A DNA stretch of 64,000 bases from Dethiobacter sp. (lineage in GTDB: Bacteria > Bacillota > Dethiobacteria > DTU022 > UBA8154): the NCBI GenBank assembly GCA_003605065.1, contig QZJM01000049.1, forward strand, positions 208 to 64,207. The letters are read 5' to 3'. The notes below the pieces were generated by a model that did not search any database, had not been told where the DNA came from, and saw only the letters and a program-made list of their open reading frames with translations. Below are positions 19,660 to 28,777 of this stretch, in pieces; position 1 is the stretch's first letter, and each line of letters begins with the position of its first letter. A program made the translations under genes and the position numbers.

Positions 19660-19990
19660 AAATTATAGTAAAAAAGGCATTGAAAGAGGAAAGTACGCCG
19701 TAATGCTTGCCGCAGAGAGGTAGGGTCGTGGCTGAAAGCCCTGCCAGAAGAGCACCCGGCCGAAGTTCCCTCCGGAGCCGCAGGCTGAAACGCCTTAATA
19801 TCCTTTCTTCGGATTATAAGGGGAGAGTAGGCTGTGCCGGGTTTTTCGCCCGTTAAGAATGAAACGGGAATCGGATCCCTAAAGGTAAAGGGATCCCGCT
19901 CCTGAAAGAGAGGGCTTTGTACGAAGCCAACAAGGGTGGTACCGCGGAAGTAACTTTCTGTCCCTGGACAGGAAGTTTTTTTATTTAAAC
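19660..19990 (+). promoter_or_regulatory. T-box riboswitch leader for pheA (putative Phe UUC specifier) with terminator 19951-19986
   Basis: GA motif TGAAAGAGGAAAGTA, an AGAGAG element, specifier-context GAAGUUCCC, F-box CGCCCGTTAAGAATGAAACGGG, T-box AACAAGGGTGGTACCGCGGAAG, then AACTTTCTGTCCCTGGACAGGAAGTTTTTTT. Confidence 0.75.
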
Positions 19991-20070
19991 ATACGGTTAC
20001 ACTTTCGTCCCTGCGATCGTGTCAACCTTTATTTTTTACAAAATAAGTATTAATGAGGAGGCGGTTAACG

Positions 20071-20904
20071 ATGGGCAATTTAATAGGCTACCTGGGACCA
20101 CCAGGAACCTTTACAGAAGAAGCAGCCAGGAGATATGGTAACAGCCGGACTTTTTTGCTAAGGCCCTACCCTACTATTGACGGGGTTTTTGCGGCCGTAG
20201 CCAAAAAAGAAATAGACCAGGGTGTGGTTCCTGTAGAAAACTCCCTGGAGGGATCCGTAAACCTGACTCTTGACCTGCTTTCCGGAAATACTGATGTTAA
20301 AATAAAGGGTGAACTGCTCTGCAGGATAAAGCATTTCCTCCTGGCCCGTCCCGGGCAAAATCCGGTTAAAATAAAAGAGGTGTACTCCCACCCTCAGGCC
20401 CTGGCCCAGTGCCGCTTTTATTTAGATAAACTCTTTCCCGAGGCTTCCCGTATCAGTATGTCCAGTACCGCAGAGGCTGCTGCACTGGTGGCCCAGAGTG
20501 AGGGGAAGGCTGTTATCGCCTCCCGGCGAGCTGCCAGGCTTTACGGCCTGAAGATTCTCCAGGCAAACATCCAGGATGAACCTTTTAATATTACCCGCTT
20601 TTTCCTCCTCGCCCTGGAGGATGCTCCTCGCACGGGAGACGATAAAACTTCTTTATTAATCGGGCTGCACGATAAGCCGGGAAGCCTGTTCTCAGCACTG
20701 GGAATATTTGCCGGCTATAATCTGAACCTGACGAAAATCGAATCACGACCTGTCCGGGGTGAACTGGGGAAATATATATTTTTTCTGGATATTGAGGGAC
20801 ACCGGGAAGATAAAAAAGTTGCCCATGCACTGAAAGAGATGGAAGAAAAAGCCTTATTTTTAAAAGTACTGGGAAGTTATCCCCACGCCGATACCCGTAT
20901 ATAA
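20071..20904 (+). CDS. pheA: prephenate dehydratase (PDT + ACT domain)
   Basis: The track ORF starts at 20053, but that ATG lies inside the RBS ATGAGGAGG. The probable start is the ATG at 20071 (MGNLIGYLGPPGTFTEEAA). C-terminal ACT domain (ESRP, GHRED). Confidence 0.88.
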   Translation: MGNLIGYLGPPGTFTEEAARRYGNSRTFLLRPYPTIDGVFAAVAKKEIDQGVVPVENSLEGSVNLTLDLLSGNTDVKIKGELLCRIKHFLLARPGQNPVKIKEVYSHPQALAQCRFYLDKLFPEASRISMSSTAEAAALVAQSEGKAVIASRRAARLYGLKILQANIQDEPFNITRFFLLALEDAPRTGDDKTSLLIGLHDKPGSLFSALGIFAGYNLNLTKIESRPVRGELGKYIFFLDIEGHREDKKVAHALKEMEEKALFLKVLGSYPHADTRI

Positions 20905-21112
20905 TTAGAATAGGAAGACCCGACGTTTCACCTTCCTTAAAACGGCTCTTTTAAACACTTCAGGGCTTCTACCATACCCGCTGGCAGCATCTGGGTTTTT
21001 TCTATGCCGACGGTATTCTGGGCGGTAATAGCGTTTAACCTTCACTATCTATATTTTTATGCTTTCCGCAAAGAACCCCTACGCTACACCATTATCTCTA
21101 CCCAGCCCGTTC

Positions 21113-22405
21113 TCATGCTAAATATTCTTTAACCATCTTAAGGGCACAATAGGAGCCGCACATCGTACATTCTTCTTTTTCCTGGGGATTGAGACGTTTA
21201 TACAAACTTTTCGCCAGCGCGGGATCCAGGGACAGTTCCAGCTGGCGTCCCCAGTCCAGCCTCCTGCGGGCCAGCGACATCTCCCTGTCCCACTCCCTCG
21301 CTCCCTTAACGCCCTTGACCACGTCAGCGGCATGGGCGGCAATACGGGAGGCCATCACTCCCTGGTGAACTTCTTCCGGACCGGGTAAACCCAGGTGCTC
21401 GGTGGGAGTTACATAGCAGAGAAAATCTGCTCCGGCCACAGCAGCCATCGTTCCTCCAATAGCAGCGCTGATGTGATCGTAACCCGGGGTCACATCGGTA
21501 ACCAGCGGGCCTAAAACATAAAAAGGGGCGCCTTTACAGATCGACTTGGCTGCTTTCATGTTCGTCTCGATCTGATCAAAAGGAACATGTCCCGGGCCCT
21601 CTACCATAACCTGCACTTCGGCCTCCCTGGCCCTCTGGACCAGTTGCCCCAGGGTCAACAGCTCCTGCAGCTGGGCGCGATCGGTGGCATCTTCCAGGCA
21701 TCCCGGCCTCATTCCATCCCCAAGGCTCAGGGTTACATCGTATCTCCCGGCAATCTCCAGAAGCCGGTCAAAGTTTTCATAGAGGGGATTCTCCCTTTCT
21801 TTTTCCAGCATCCAGCCGGCCAGAATCGCGCCGCCGCGGCTGACCAATCCCATAATCCGCCCCTCTGAACGCAGGCAATCCAGGGCCGACATGGTCAAAC
21901 CGCAGTGCAGGGTCATAAAATCTACACCTTCCGCCGCGTGCTCTTCGATTACGGTAAAAAGATCTTCTTCCTTCATTTTAAGAACTCCCCCATAAGATAA
22001 GCGGGCCTTAACTGCTGCTTCATAAATGGGAACAGTGCCTACAGGTACAGGGCAAAGATCCAGTACCATGGAACGTATCCCTTTGAGGTCACCGCCTGTA
22101 CTTAAATCCATAACGGCATCTGCGCCTGCCTGCAGTGCCGCAAATAGCTTAGCCTTTTCGTTCTCTTTTTCGGGGAAGGCCTCTGAAGTACCGATGTTAG
22201 CATTGATTTTTATCCGCAGTCCCTGCCCGATGCCGCGAGGCTGCAGGTTTTGGCGGTTGATGTTGGCAGGGATAACAATGGTCCCCCCGGCCACCCCGTT
22301 CATTACCACCTCTACAGGGAGGTTCTCCTGCGAAGCCACAAGCTTTACCTGGGGGGTCACCTCTCCTTGCCGCGCTCTGGAAACCTGTGTAACATCTTTT
22401 CTCAT
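21113..22405 (-). CDS. thiC: phosphomethylpyrimidine synthase
   Basis: 430 aa with the ThiC radical-SAM C-terminal cysteine cluster (CTMCGSYC) and conserved core. Confidence 0.93.
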   Translation of the reverse strand: MRKDVTQVSRARQGEVTPQVKLVASQENLPVEVVMNGVAGGTIVIPANINRQNLQPRGIGQGLRIKINANIGTSEAFPEKENEKAKLFAALQAGADAVMDLSTGGDLKGIRSMVLDLCPVPVGTVPIYEAAVKARLSYGGVLKMKEEDLFTVIEEHAAEGVDFMTLHCGLTMSALDCLRSEGRIMGLVSRGGAILAGWMLEKERENPLYENFDRLLEIAGRYDVTLSLGDGMRPGCLEDATDRAQLQELLTLGQLVQRAREAEVQVMVEGPGHVPFDQIETNMKAAKSICKGAPFYVLGPLVTDVTPGYDHISAAIGGTMAAVAGADFLCYVTPTEHLGLPGPEEVHQGVMASRIAAHAADVVKGVKGAREWDREMSLARRRLDWGRQLELSLDPALAKSLYKRLNPQEKEECTMCGSYCALKMVKEYLA

Positions 22406-22556
22406 AATAGCGAACCACCTTGCATCAGAGTAATTTATTAAGATAGTTAAAAAACCCTACCTCACAGCAAACGTCTTTTGTTAATCCCTTATTGATTTAT
22501 GACCTTACGAGCTGGAAAAAACCAAAACGAACAAGCCCAAGCCTTCGCCATCTATT

Positions 22557-22730
22557 TTAAAAATAAAAACGGGCCATCCAGGGCCCGTAACCACATTCAA
22601 ATCATGTAAATCACCTTCCCTACGCTGGCATTACCCAGAGCGAAAATTAAAATTTCGCCGAACAGGTTCGAAGGGTTGAGGAACTTCATAGCGTCCCCTC
22701 TCAGCCCCACTCAGGAGCACCCCTGGAAAT
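22557..22730 (-). promoter_or_regulatory. TPP (THI-box) riboswitch with intrinsic terminator, upstream of thiC
   Basis: Minus strand reads GGGGTGCTCCTGAGTGGGGCTGAGAGG...ACCCTTCGAACCTGTTCGG...CTCTGGGTAATGCCAGCGTAGGGAAGG, then ACGGGCCCTGGATGGCCCGTTTTTATTTTT. The promoter TTGTCA-17-TATACT lies at 22745-22773 (minus). Confidence 0.85.
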
Positions 22731-22885
22731 ATGTAGTTTTTTTAAGTATAACACCTGAAGGTTTTTTTGACAAGTTCTTTTAAAGCCGATCAATACATAT
22801 TTGAGCAAATTCCTATCAGAAGCTGGGGAGGGACATGGAAAGAATGGCCGATCCGCGCATGAAGAAAGGCTAAGGGATACGCCTC

Positions 22886-23350
22886 TTACAGCCTGTACAT
22901 CTTGCTTTTGCCCATGCGTGCATCCCGGGCCTTCATATTAACCGATACGACGCGCAGCTTGATTCCCACTCTGTCAAGCTGCTCTTTTAAGATTTCGCCG
23001 ATGCGCACTTCCCGGTCTCCCCCCACCAGCAGTTCATAGGACATTCGTGGGCCGGTGGCCAGGCCGGCAAGAATTCCCATGGCCTTTTCCGGGTTATGAT
23101 CGTAGGGAGAAAGATGGGGATTATACCACCGGCGGTGCGGGGAGAGAATGCCCATGCTTCCGGGGATCGCCGCCCCCCGGGCGATTTTATCCACCAAATC
23201 CTGCCTATTGATAGCATAAGCAAAGGCCTGTCGCAGCTCTTCCTTTTTAAATTCCGGCAGCTTCTCCATGTTAAACCGCAGGCGGTAACCCCAGAAGCCG
23301 GGGTTCTCCATAACAGTAAACGCAGGGTCTTTGGCAAAGCGGGGCAGCAC
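22886..23350 (-). pseudogene. internal fragment of a family-5 ABC solute-binding protein (Opp/Dpp/Nik-like)
   Basis: The 154 aa ORF carries the motif RQAFAYAINRQDLVDKI typical of the middle of SBP_bac_5 proteins. There is no signal peptide, no N-terminal 300 aa and no C-terminal 100 aa. It is boxed in by the FmdE-like gene and the thiC promoter. Confidence 0.5.
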
Positions 23351-23388
23351 GTCTGCAGGGATTTCCGCCAGGTCGATTCCTTAGCTTA

Positions 23389-23997
23389 TCACCAGCCACG
23401 GGTATAGTGTTCGGCACAGGGGATGCAGGTTATCTTGCCGTCTTTTACCCTGGCCCTGGGTTCCATCACTTTTTCCCCGCAGCAGCTACAGGTTACGGAA
23501 GAAAAAAGACGGGCCTTGCCTGGAATCTCGCAATCGACTTCCCTTATTTCACATACTTCTTCCAGCGGCCTGGAAAGATATGTGGAGATTATTTCCCCGG
23601 TTTTTGATTTAAAGAGGGCTTGTTCTTCTTCCGTAGCCTCTTTACAGGCGACTTTTCCCCGTAACTTCGTTATCTCTCTGAGGCTGTCTTCCTCTGGTCC
23701 TTGAACGGTAATGCGCACGGCCTTTTTCTTCTCCCGTAAAGCAAAGGTATAGGCCTGTTTACCGTAGTCGCGGAAAAGAAGGTTGCCCTTTCCCAGGGTG
23801 CATCCCGTGACTACCTGAATGGCATCCACGGCGCAGCTGTCGTTTTCCACGATGGCCAGCATTTCTTCGTCTACGTCTCGCTCGTGTTCCAGGAACTTCA
23901 TGGCCGCTTCGGCTGCACGAAATCCCATAGCCAGGCCGATACAGCTATGCCCATGGAATTCAACGGTCTTCTCCCACGGTGTTTTTTCCATACACAT
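23389..23997 (-). CDS. FmdE/FwdE-family protein with C-terminal CxxC...CxxC zinc ribbon
   Basis: N-terminal FHGHSCIGLAMGFRAAE (the HGHxC motif of PF02663). C-terminal CSCCGEKV...CIPC. Confidence 0.65.
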   Translation of the reverse strand: MCMEKTPWEKTVEFHGHSCIGLAMGFRAAEAAMKFLEHERDVDEEMLAIVENDSCAVDAIQVVTGCTLGKGNLLFRDYGKQAYTFALREKKKAVRITVQGPEEDSLREITKLRGKVACKEATEEEQALFKSKTGEIISTYLSRPLEEVCEIREVDCEIPGKARLFSSVTCSCCGEKVMEPRARVKDGKITCIPCAEHYTRGW

Positions 23998-24104
23998 ATC
24001 GAAATCTCCCTTCCGTATTACTATATTAATATTTGTGCTACATTATTCTATAATTACCCGGCCATTTCCTGCCTGGGTAAAAATTTTTCTTTTGTCCAAC
24101 AAAC

Positions 24105-24242
24105 CAACAGCCCATCTAAACCAAAAGCTTCCATCCCATAGAGACGGAAGCTTTACATTTACGCGGTACCACCCTGGTTGGGTTGAGGCCCCACTCTTTT
24201 CAGGGTACGGGCTGAAGTTTTCCCGGCATTCCGGCAGGTTTT
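24105..24242 (-). promoter_or_regulatory. truncated T-box copy (antiterminator/terminator half only), homologous to aroF T-box 3' end; acts at least as nadC terminator
   Basis: Minus strand reads AACCAGGGTGGTACCGCGTAAATGTAAAGCTTCCGTCTCTATGGGATGGAAGCTTTTGG. Only about 70 nt separate it from the nadC stop, so no Stem I is possible. It matches 18965-19080 in sequence. Confidence 0.65.
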
Positions 24243-25109
24243 CTAATATAATTTTAAAGATAAATCCAGTGCACGACTTTTGTTTGTCAGGTAACCAAGA
24301 GAAATTAAATCCACCCCGGTAGCAGCCACTTCGGTCAGTCTTTCTCTGGAGATTCCTCCCGAAGCTTCAACCAGCGCCCGCCCGTCGATCAAGTTTACAG
24401 CTTCATCCATCTGGCTTGTTGTCATATTATCCAGCATAATGATATCCACGCCGCAGGCCACCGCCTCTTTGACCTCATCTAACGTTTCCGTCTCCACCTC
24501 AATCTTTACTGGAAAACCACAACACCTTCTGACCCGTGCTACTGCCTCACGGATAGAACCGGCACCGCGGATATGGTTATCCTTTATCAAAACCATGTCA
24601 GCAAGGTTAAAACGGTGGTTTACCCCCCCACCGGTGCGTACCGCATATTTTTCAAGAATACGCAGTCCCGGAGTTGTTTTGCGTGTATCGGTAATTCTTG
24701 CCCTGGTGCCGCGGATAATTTCCACGGCAGCCCTTGTGGCAGTAGCAATTCCGGACATTCTCTGCAGGAAATTGAGAGCCACGCGTTCACCCATAAGAAT
24801 AGCGGCTATCGGCCCTTCCAGGCTGGCAACACAATCACCGGTATTGATTATGTCACCATCTTGAAACGCCGTAAGAAAAGATATCTGCCTGTTAACCTGG
24901 GCAAACACCTCTTCAGCAACCGGTAACCCGGCCAAAACCCCTGACTCTTTGGCTACAATAACAGCCTTTCCTTCTTCACCGCTAAAAACACTTCCTGTAG
25001 TGCAGTCTTCAGAACCAAGGTCTTCGGTTAAAGCACGTTCAACAATATCTTTATACAGTAACCGGTGCAAGCAATTCCACATCCTTTTACACATTTTAGT
25101 GGGCAGCAT
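24243..25109 (-). CDS. nadC: nicotinate-nucleotide pyrophosphorylase (carboxylating)
   Basis: 288 aa QPRTase core. Confidence 0.9.
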   Translation of the reverse strand: MLPTKMCKRMWNCLHRLLYKDIVERALTEDLGSEDCTTGSVFSGEEGKAVIVAKESGVLAGLPVAEEVFAQVNRQISFLTAFQDGDIINTGDCVASLEGPIAAILMGERVALNFLQRMSGIATATRAAVEIIRGTRARITDTRKTTPGLRILEKYAVRTGGGVNHRFNLADMVLIKDNHIRGAGSIREAVARVRRCCGFPVKIEVETETLDEVKEAVACGVDIIMLDNMTTSQMDEAVNLIDGRALVEASGGISRERLTEVAATGVDLISLGYLTNKSRALDLSLKLY

Positions 25110-26712
25110 ATCTTTTTACTGATTGGCACAGGTGGCGTAACCGCCAGGCCTCATCAGGTTGCGGGTAATCAACCCGGTAATGGCTGCCACGGCTTTCGGT
25201 CCGCATAAGGGCGCTGTTTACAATAAGATTAGCTACAACAAAGAGGTTTTTTAGCTCCCATGTTGACCGATCTTCCGGTACCGCCTCCAACAGCGGAGCA
25301 TGTTGTTGAAGAAAACGCTGGACTGTCAAAAGACCTTTCTCGTCACGGAGGATGCCCGCTTTACTGAACATTATAGTGCGAAGTTCATCCCCCAGTTCCC
25401 TTCTGTACGCGGGTTTCAAGGGAAGGATTTTCTCGCCATAATCAGTGGTACAAGTTTGATGCAAACTGCCCGGGAGCCTCTTTCCGGTTTTTTCAATCCG
25501 CTCCACGACACGCCCTGCAAAAACAAGTCCCTCCAAAAGGGAATTACTGGCAAGGCGATTGGCACCATGCACCCCATTGCAGGCAACCTCGCCGCAGGCA
25601 TAAAGACCGTCTAAATTTGTTTCCCCATGCAGACCTGTGCGCACACCACCCATAGCATAATGTGCCGCAGGAATCACGGGCAACCAGTCCCTGGCCAGGT
25701 CCAGCCCGTATTTCAAAGTGAAACCATAGATAGTGGGAAAACGCTTTTTAAGAAAAACGGGATCCCGAAGCGTAACATCGAGGTAAACATACTTACTTCC
25801 GTTTTTTTTCATCTGGTCTACGATAGCACGCGCTACTACATCGCGCGGGCCCAACTCCGCCATCTCGTGATATTCATCCATAAACCGTTCACCGTGACAA
25901 TTCCGGAGCACCGCTCCTTCACCACGTACTGCCTCGGAAATGAGGATAATTTCTTCCTGCGGACTTCGAAAAACAGTGGGGTGAAACTGGATAAACTCCA
26001 TATCGACAACTTCAGCTCCGGCACGGTAGGCCATGACTACACCATCTCCCGTAGCCACCTCCGGGTTTGTCGTACATGAAAACACCCAGCCCAGCCCGCC
26101 CGTGGCAAGGACCACGGCCCCGGCACGGTATGTTTCTCCCGCCAGAGTTCTTACACCAATAACCTGTCCTTCACAGGTGACCATATCCGTAACAAAAGTG
26201 TGCTCCCGGACGACAATTGCCCTGTTGGCAAACAAATTTTTTTTTAAAGTTTCATGCAGAACTTGCCCGGTGGCATCACCTCCGGCATGAACGATACGGT
26301 TACTGCTGTGTGCTCCTTCCCTGGTCATTGCCAGCCGCCCATCTACCCGGTCAAAAGGCATGCCCAACTCCAGAAGTTCTTTTATACAACCCGGCCCTTC
26401 CTCAACCATCACTTTAACGGCCTCAAGGTTGCACAACCCGCCCCCGGCCGATATGGTATCCTCCATGTGCTTCTCAGGGCTGTCATCAATACCAAGAGCA
26501 GCAGCGATACCACCCTGTGCCAGCCAGGTGTTGGTATTATACAGGGCATCCTTGGTCAATAGACAGACACGGGCAAAGCGTGCTGCTTTGATGGCGGCAA
26601 ACAGGCCTGCAATACCGCTGCCAACAACAATTACATCATATTCATAGGGATATTTCCCTGCTAAGTTTATCATGGAGCCAACCCCTTTAAACTGCCGTAA
26701 ACATACGTTCAA
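25096..26712 (-). CDS. nadB: L-aspartate oxidase
   Basis: 538 aa with the FAD motif VVGSGIAGL, RSHT and the succinate dehydrogenase/fumarate reductase flavoprotein family core. Confidence 0.9.
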   Translation of the reverse strand: MNVCLRQFKGVGSMINLAGKYPYEYDVIVVGSGIAGLFAAIKAARFARVCLLTKDALYNTNTWLAQGGIAAALGIDDSPEKHMEDTISAGGGLCNLEAVKVMVEEGPGCIKELLELGMPFDRVDGRLAMTREGAHSSNRIVHAGGDATGQVLHETLKKNLFANRAIVVREHTFVTDMVTCEGQVIGVRTLAGETYRAGAVVLATGGLGWVFSCTTNPEVATGDGVVMAYRAGAEVVDMEFIQFHPTVFRSPQEEIILISEAVRGEGAVLRNCHGERFMDEYHEMAELGPRDVVARAIVDQMKKNGSKYVYLDVTLRDPVFLKKRFPTIYGFTLKYGLDLARDWLPVIPAAHYAMGGVRTGLHGETNLDGLYACGEVACNGVHGANRLASNSLLEGLVFAGRVVERIEKTGKRLPGSLHQTCTTDYGEKILPLKPAYRRELGDELRTIMFSKAGILRDEKGLLTVQRFLQQHAPLLEAVPEDRSTWELKNLFVVANLIVNSALMRTESRGSHYRVDYPQPDEAWRLRHLCQSVKRYAAH

Positions 26713-27601
26713 GCGGCCTGCGGGCCAGATCGCGAATCGGTAGGGGAACAGAGATCTGCGGCTGCATTGTCTCCAATGCTTTGCTTACCTTTTCCAGATC
26801 GGTGAACTTCATGTTTGGACAGATCAACCCCTGGGAAAGCAGGTAAAACTGTTTATGAGGATTTTCTTTTTGCAGACGGTAAATCAAGCCCATCTCCGTC
26901 CCGACAATTATTTTTTCATAGCTTGTCTCCCGGGCAAACTTTATCATCCCTCCGGTGGAAAAAACATAATCTGCAGACTTAACTACCTCCGGACGGCATT
27001 CCGGGTGGACCACTATAACTGCGTCAGGATGTGACCTCCTGGCGGCAGCCACATCAGCCAGCCTCACACGGTGATGCGTCACACAGTAGCCGTCCCATAG
27101 AATGATGCGTTTATCCGTTTGCCCTGCAACAAAGCTCCCAAGGTTCATATCCGGTACAAAAAGAACCTCGTCTGTATCCAGGGAGTTGACCACGCTAACG
27201 GCATTGGAGGAGGTAACGCAAATATCGCTAACCGCCTTAACAACAGCCGGAGAATTAATATAGGTAACTACCATGGCAGCCGGGTATTGTTTCTTTTTTT
27301 CCAGCAGTGCCTCCAACGTGACCATATCAGCAAGGGGACAACCGGCCTGGATTTCGGGAAGCAGTACAATCCTGTCAGGTGCTAAAATAGCCGCCACCTC
27401 AGCCATAAAATGAACACCGCAAAACACAATCACATCTGCGCTGGATTGTGCAGCTATACGGCTGAGTTCAAAGGAATCTCCGACAAAATCAGCAACATCC
27501 TGGACCTCATCTAGTTGATAGTTGTGCGCCAGCACAACAGCATTTCGCAGCCTTTTTAATTCCTGAATTCTTTCGAACATTGCTTTTTTCTCTTCTCCCA
27601 T
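26687..27601 (-). CDS. nadA: quinolinate synthase
   Basis: 304 aa NadA family with conserved Cys ligands. Confidence 0.9.
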   Translation of the reverse strand: MGEEKKAMFERIQELKRLRNAVVLAHNYQLDEVQDVADFVGDSFELSRIAAQSSADVIVFCGVHFMAEVAAILAPDRIVLLPEIQAGCPLADMVTLEALLEKKKQYPAAMVVTYINSPAVVKAVSDICVTSSNAVSVVNSLDTDEVLFVPDMNLGSFVAGQTDKRIILWDGYCVTHHRVRLADVAAARRSHPDAVIVVHPECRPEVVKSADYVFSTGGMIKFARETSYEKIIVGTEMGLIYRLQKENPHKQFYLLSQGLICPNMKFTDLEKVSKALETMQPQISVPLPIRDLARRPLERMFTAV

Positions 27602-27641
27602 GCCACCTACATCCTTTAACCTGTTTTGTTGTATTTAATTA

Positions 27642-27679
27642 TGCCATGGCAAACTTGTCTTGTCAACTGTAAAGACAAA
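27642..27679. promoter_or_regulatory. two adjacent palindromes in niaR-nadA intergenic region (TGCCATGGCA; CTTGTCTT-N10-AAGACAAG), candidate NiaR operator
   Basis: A perfect 10-bp palindrome lies at 27642-27651. A perfect 8-bp inverted repeat with a 10-bp spacer lies at 27654-27679, just upstream of nadA. No T-run follows, so it is not a terminator. Confidence 0.5.
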
Positions 27680-27687
27680 GCTTGAAA

Positions 27688-28203
27688 CTACTTTACAAGA
27701 TAGCCGGCCCTATCCAGGCTTGCCGTGATTTCTTGCATAACTTTTTGATCAGGTGCCTCCAGGGTATGCAGGTGAATACCTCCCGTTAATGCTAAAAGCG
27801 GGTTTGCCGCTGTTTTATGCAGCGACTCCAAAAATAAATTTAAGTCACGACGACTACTTACCATCAGGTTACCACGCAGTTCCCCGTAGACAGGGTGTTC
27901 AACGATCACATCAAGAGCCCTGCCACCGAGGTCCACGACAATACCTAACTCGTCTTTAATCTGTTCCCGGGTGTGCCGGCAGGCGACTACAGACCGCACC
28001 CATATTTCCTCTGGCAGTGAAGGGATCATGTATCCCTGGAAAGAAGCAAATATCTGCTCACCTGAAGCCCTTAAGATAGCAATATCCTGGACGATAACCT
28101 GCCGGCTTATGTTAAAATGCCTGGCCAGTTCTGCACCTGTAAGCGGTTTGGATGCTTTACGCAAGAGGTTTAAAAGCTCATTACGCCTTTTCTCGGTTTC
28201 CAT
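27688..28203 (-). CDS. niaR: NiaR/YrxA-family transcriptional repressor of NAD biosynthesis (HTH + 3H domain)
   Basis: 171 aa with an N-terminal HTH (LTGAELARHFNISRQVIVQDI) and a C-terminal 3H domain. Sits in the conserved position upstream of nadABC. Confidence 0.8.
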   Translation of the reverse strand: METEKRRNELLNLLRKASKPLTGAELARHFNISRQVIVQDIAILRASGEQIFASFQGYMIPSLPEEIWVRSVVACRHTREQIKDELGIVVDLGGRALDVIVEHPVYGELRGNLMVSSRRDLNLFLESLHKTAANPLLALTGGIHLHTLEAPDQKVMQEITASLDRAGYLVK

Positions 28204-28458
28204 TGCCTGTCACCCCCGTTAATAGGTCCAATTGGAAAGGTATTTAATTTTTTTCCCCCTTTAATCTGCTCCTAATTTTATCATATAATAAAAAGCTTGA
28301 AAAAGGAAAGAGCAGAAAACGTCTTTAAAAACCACTTATAAGGAAAAAAGGGGAAGTAAACGCAAAAACGGGGTATTGATGCGATGAATGAATAACCACA
28401 CTTACCTGGTAAAACGTAGTGGGAATTATGAACTCATATTTGTGTGAAAAAAATCTTC

Positions 28459-28494
28459 ATGCATATTGCATGCATTTTTTATATATGCTAAAAT
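28459..28494 (+). promoter_or_regulatory. vapBC promoter (TTGCAT-17-TAAAAT) overlapped by palindrome ATGCATATTGCATGCAT
   Basis: -35 at 28466-28471, -10 at 28489-28494. The palindrome ATGCA-tat-TGCAT covers the -35, as expected for an antitoxin autoregulatory operator. Confidence 0.5.
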
Positions 28495-28528
28495 CTAACT
28501 GAACCAAATTAAGAAAGGAGGTTTTTTC

Positions 28529-28777
28529 ATGCCTTCCCTTCAGGTCCGCGATTTACCTGAGCATATTTACCGAAAAATTGTAGAACTTGCTGAAGCTGAA
28601 CGAAGAAGTATTGCCCAGGAAACTATAATTTTATTAGAAAAAGCTTTACAGATAAAAGCGCAGGACAAAAAACGCCGCAAACAGTTACTTACCCACATTA
28701 TGCAAGAAGATAGACCCAGCAATAAAACAAATATTCCCGATCCGGTACCCTTAATTCGAGAGGATCGCCAAAGATGA
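28529..28777 (+). CDS. vapB: ribbon-helix-helix (CopG/Arc/MetJ-like) antitoxin, VapB-type
   Basis: 82 aa. N-terminal LQVRDLPEHIYRKIVELAEAERRSIAQE is an RHH beta-strand plus helix. 4-nt ATGA overlap with the downstream PIN gene. Confidence 0.75.
   Translation: MPSLQVRDLPEHIYRKIVELAEAERRSIAQETIILLEKALQIKAQDKKRRKQLLTHIMQEDRPSNKTNIPDPVPLIREDRQR

Noticed and set aside
20053-20070. Upstream ATG of the pheA ORF
   Set aside because: That ATG is part of the GAGGAGG Shine-Dalgarno. The properly spaced ATG at 20071 gives the canonical MGNLIGY N-terminus.
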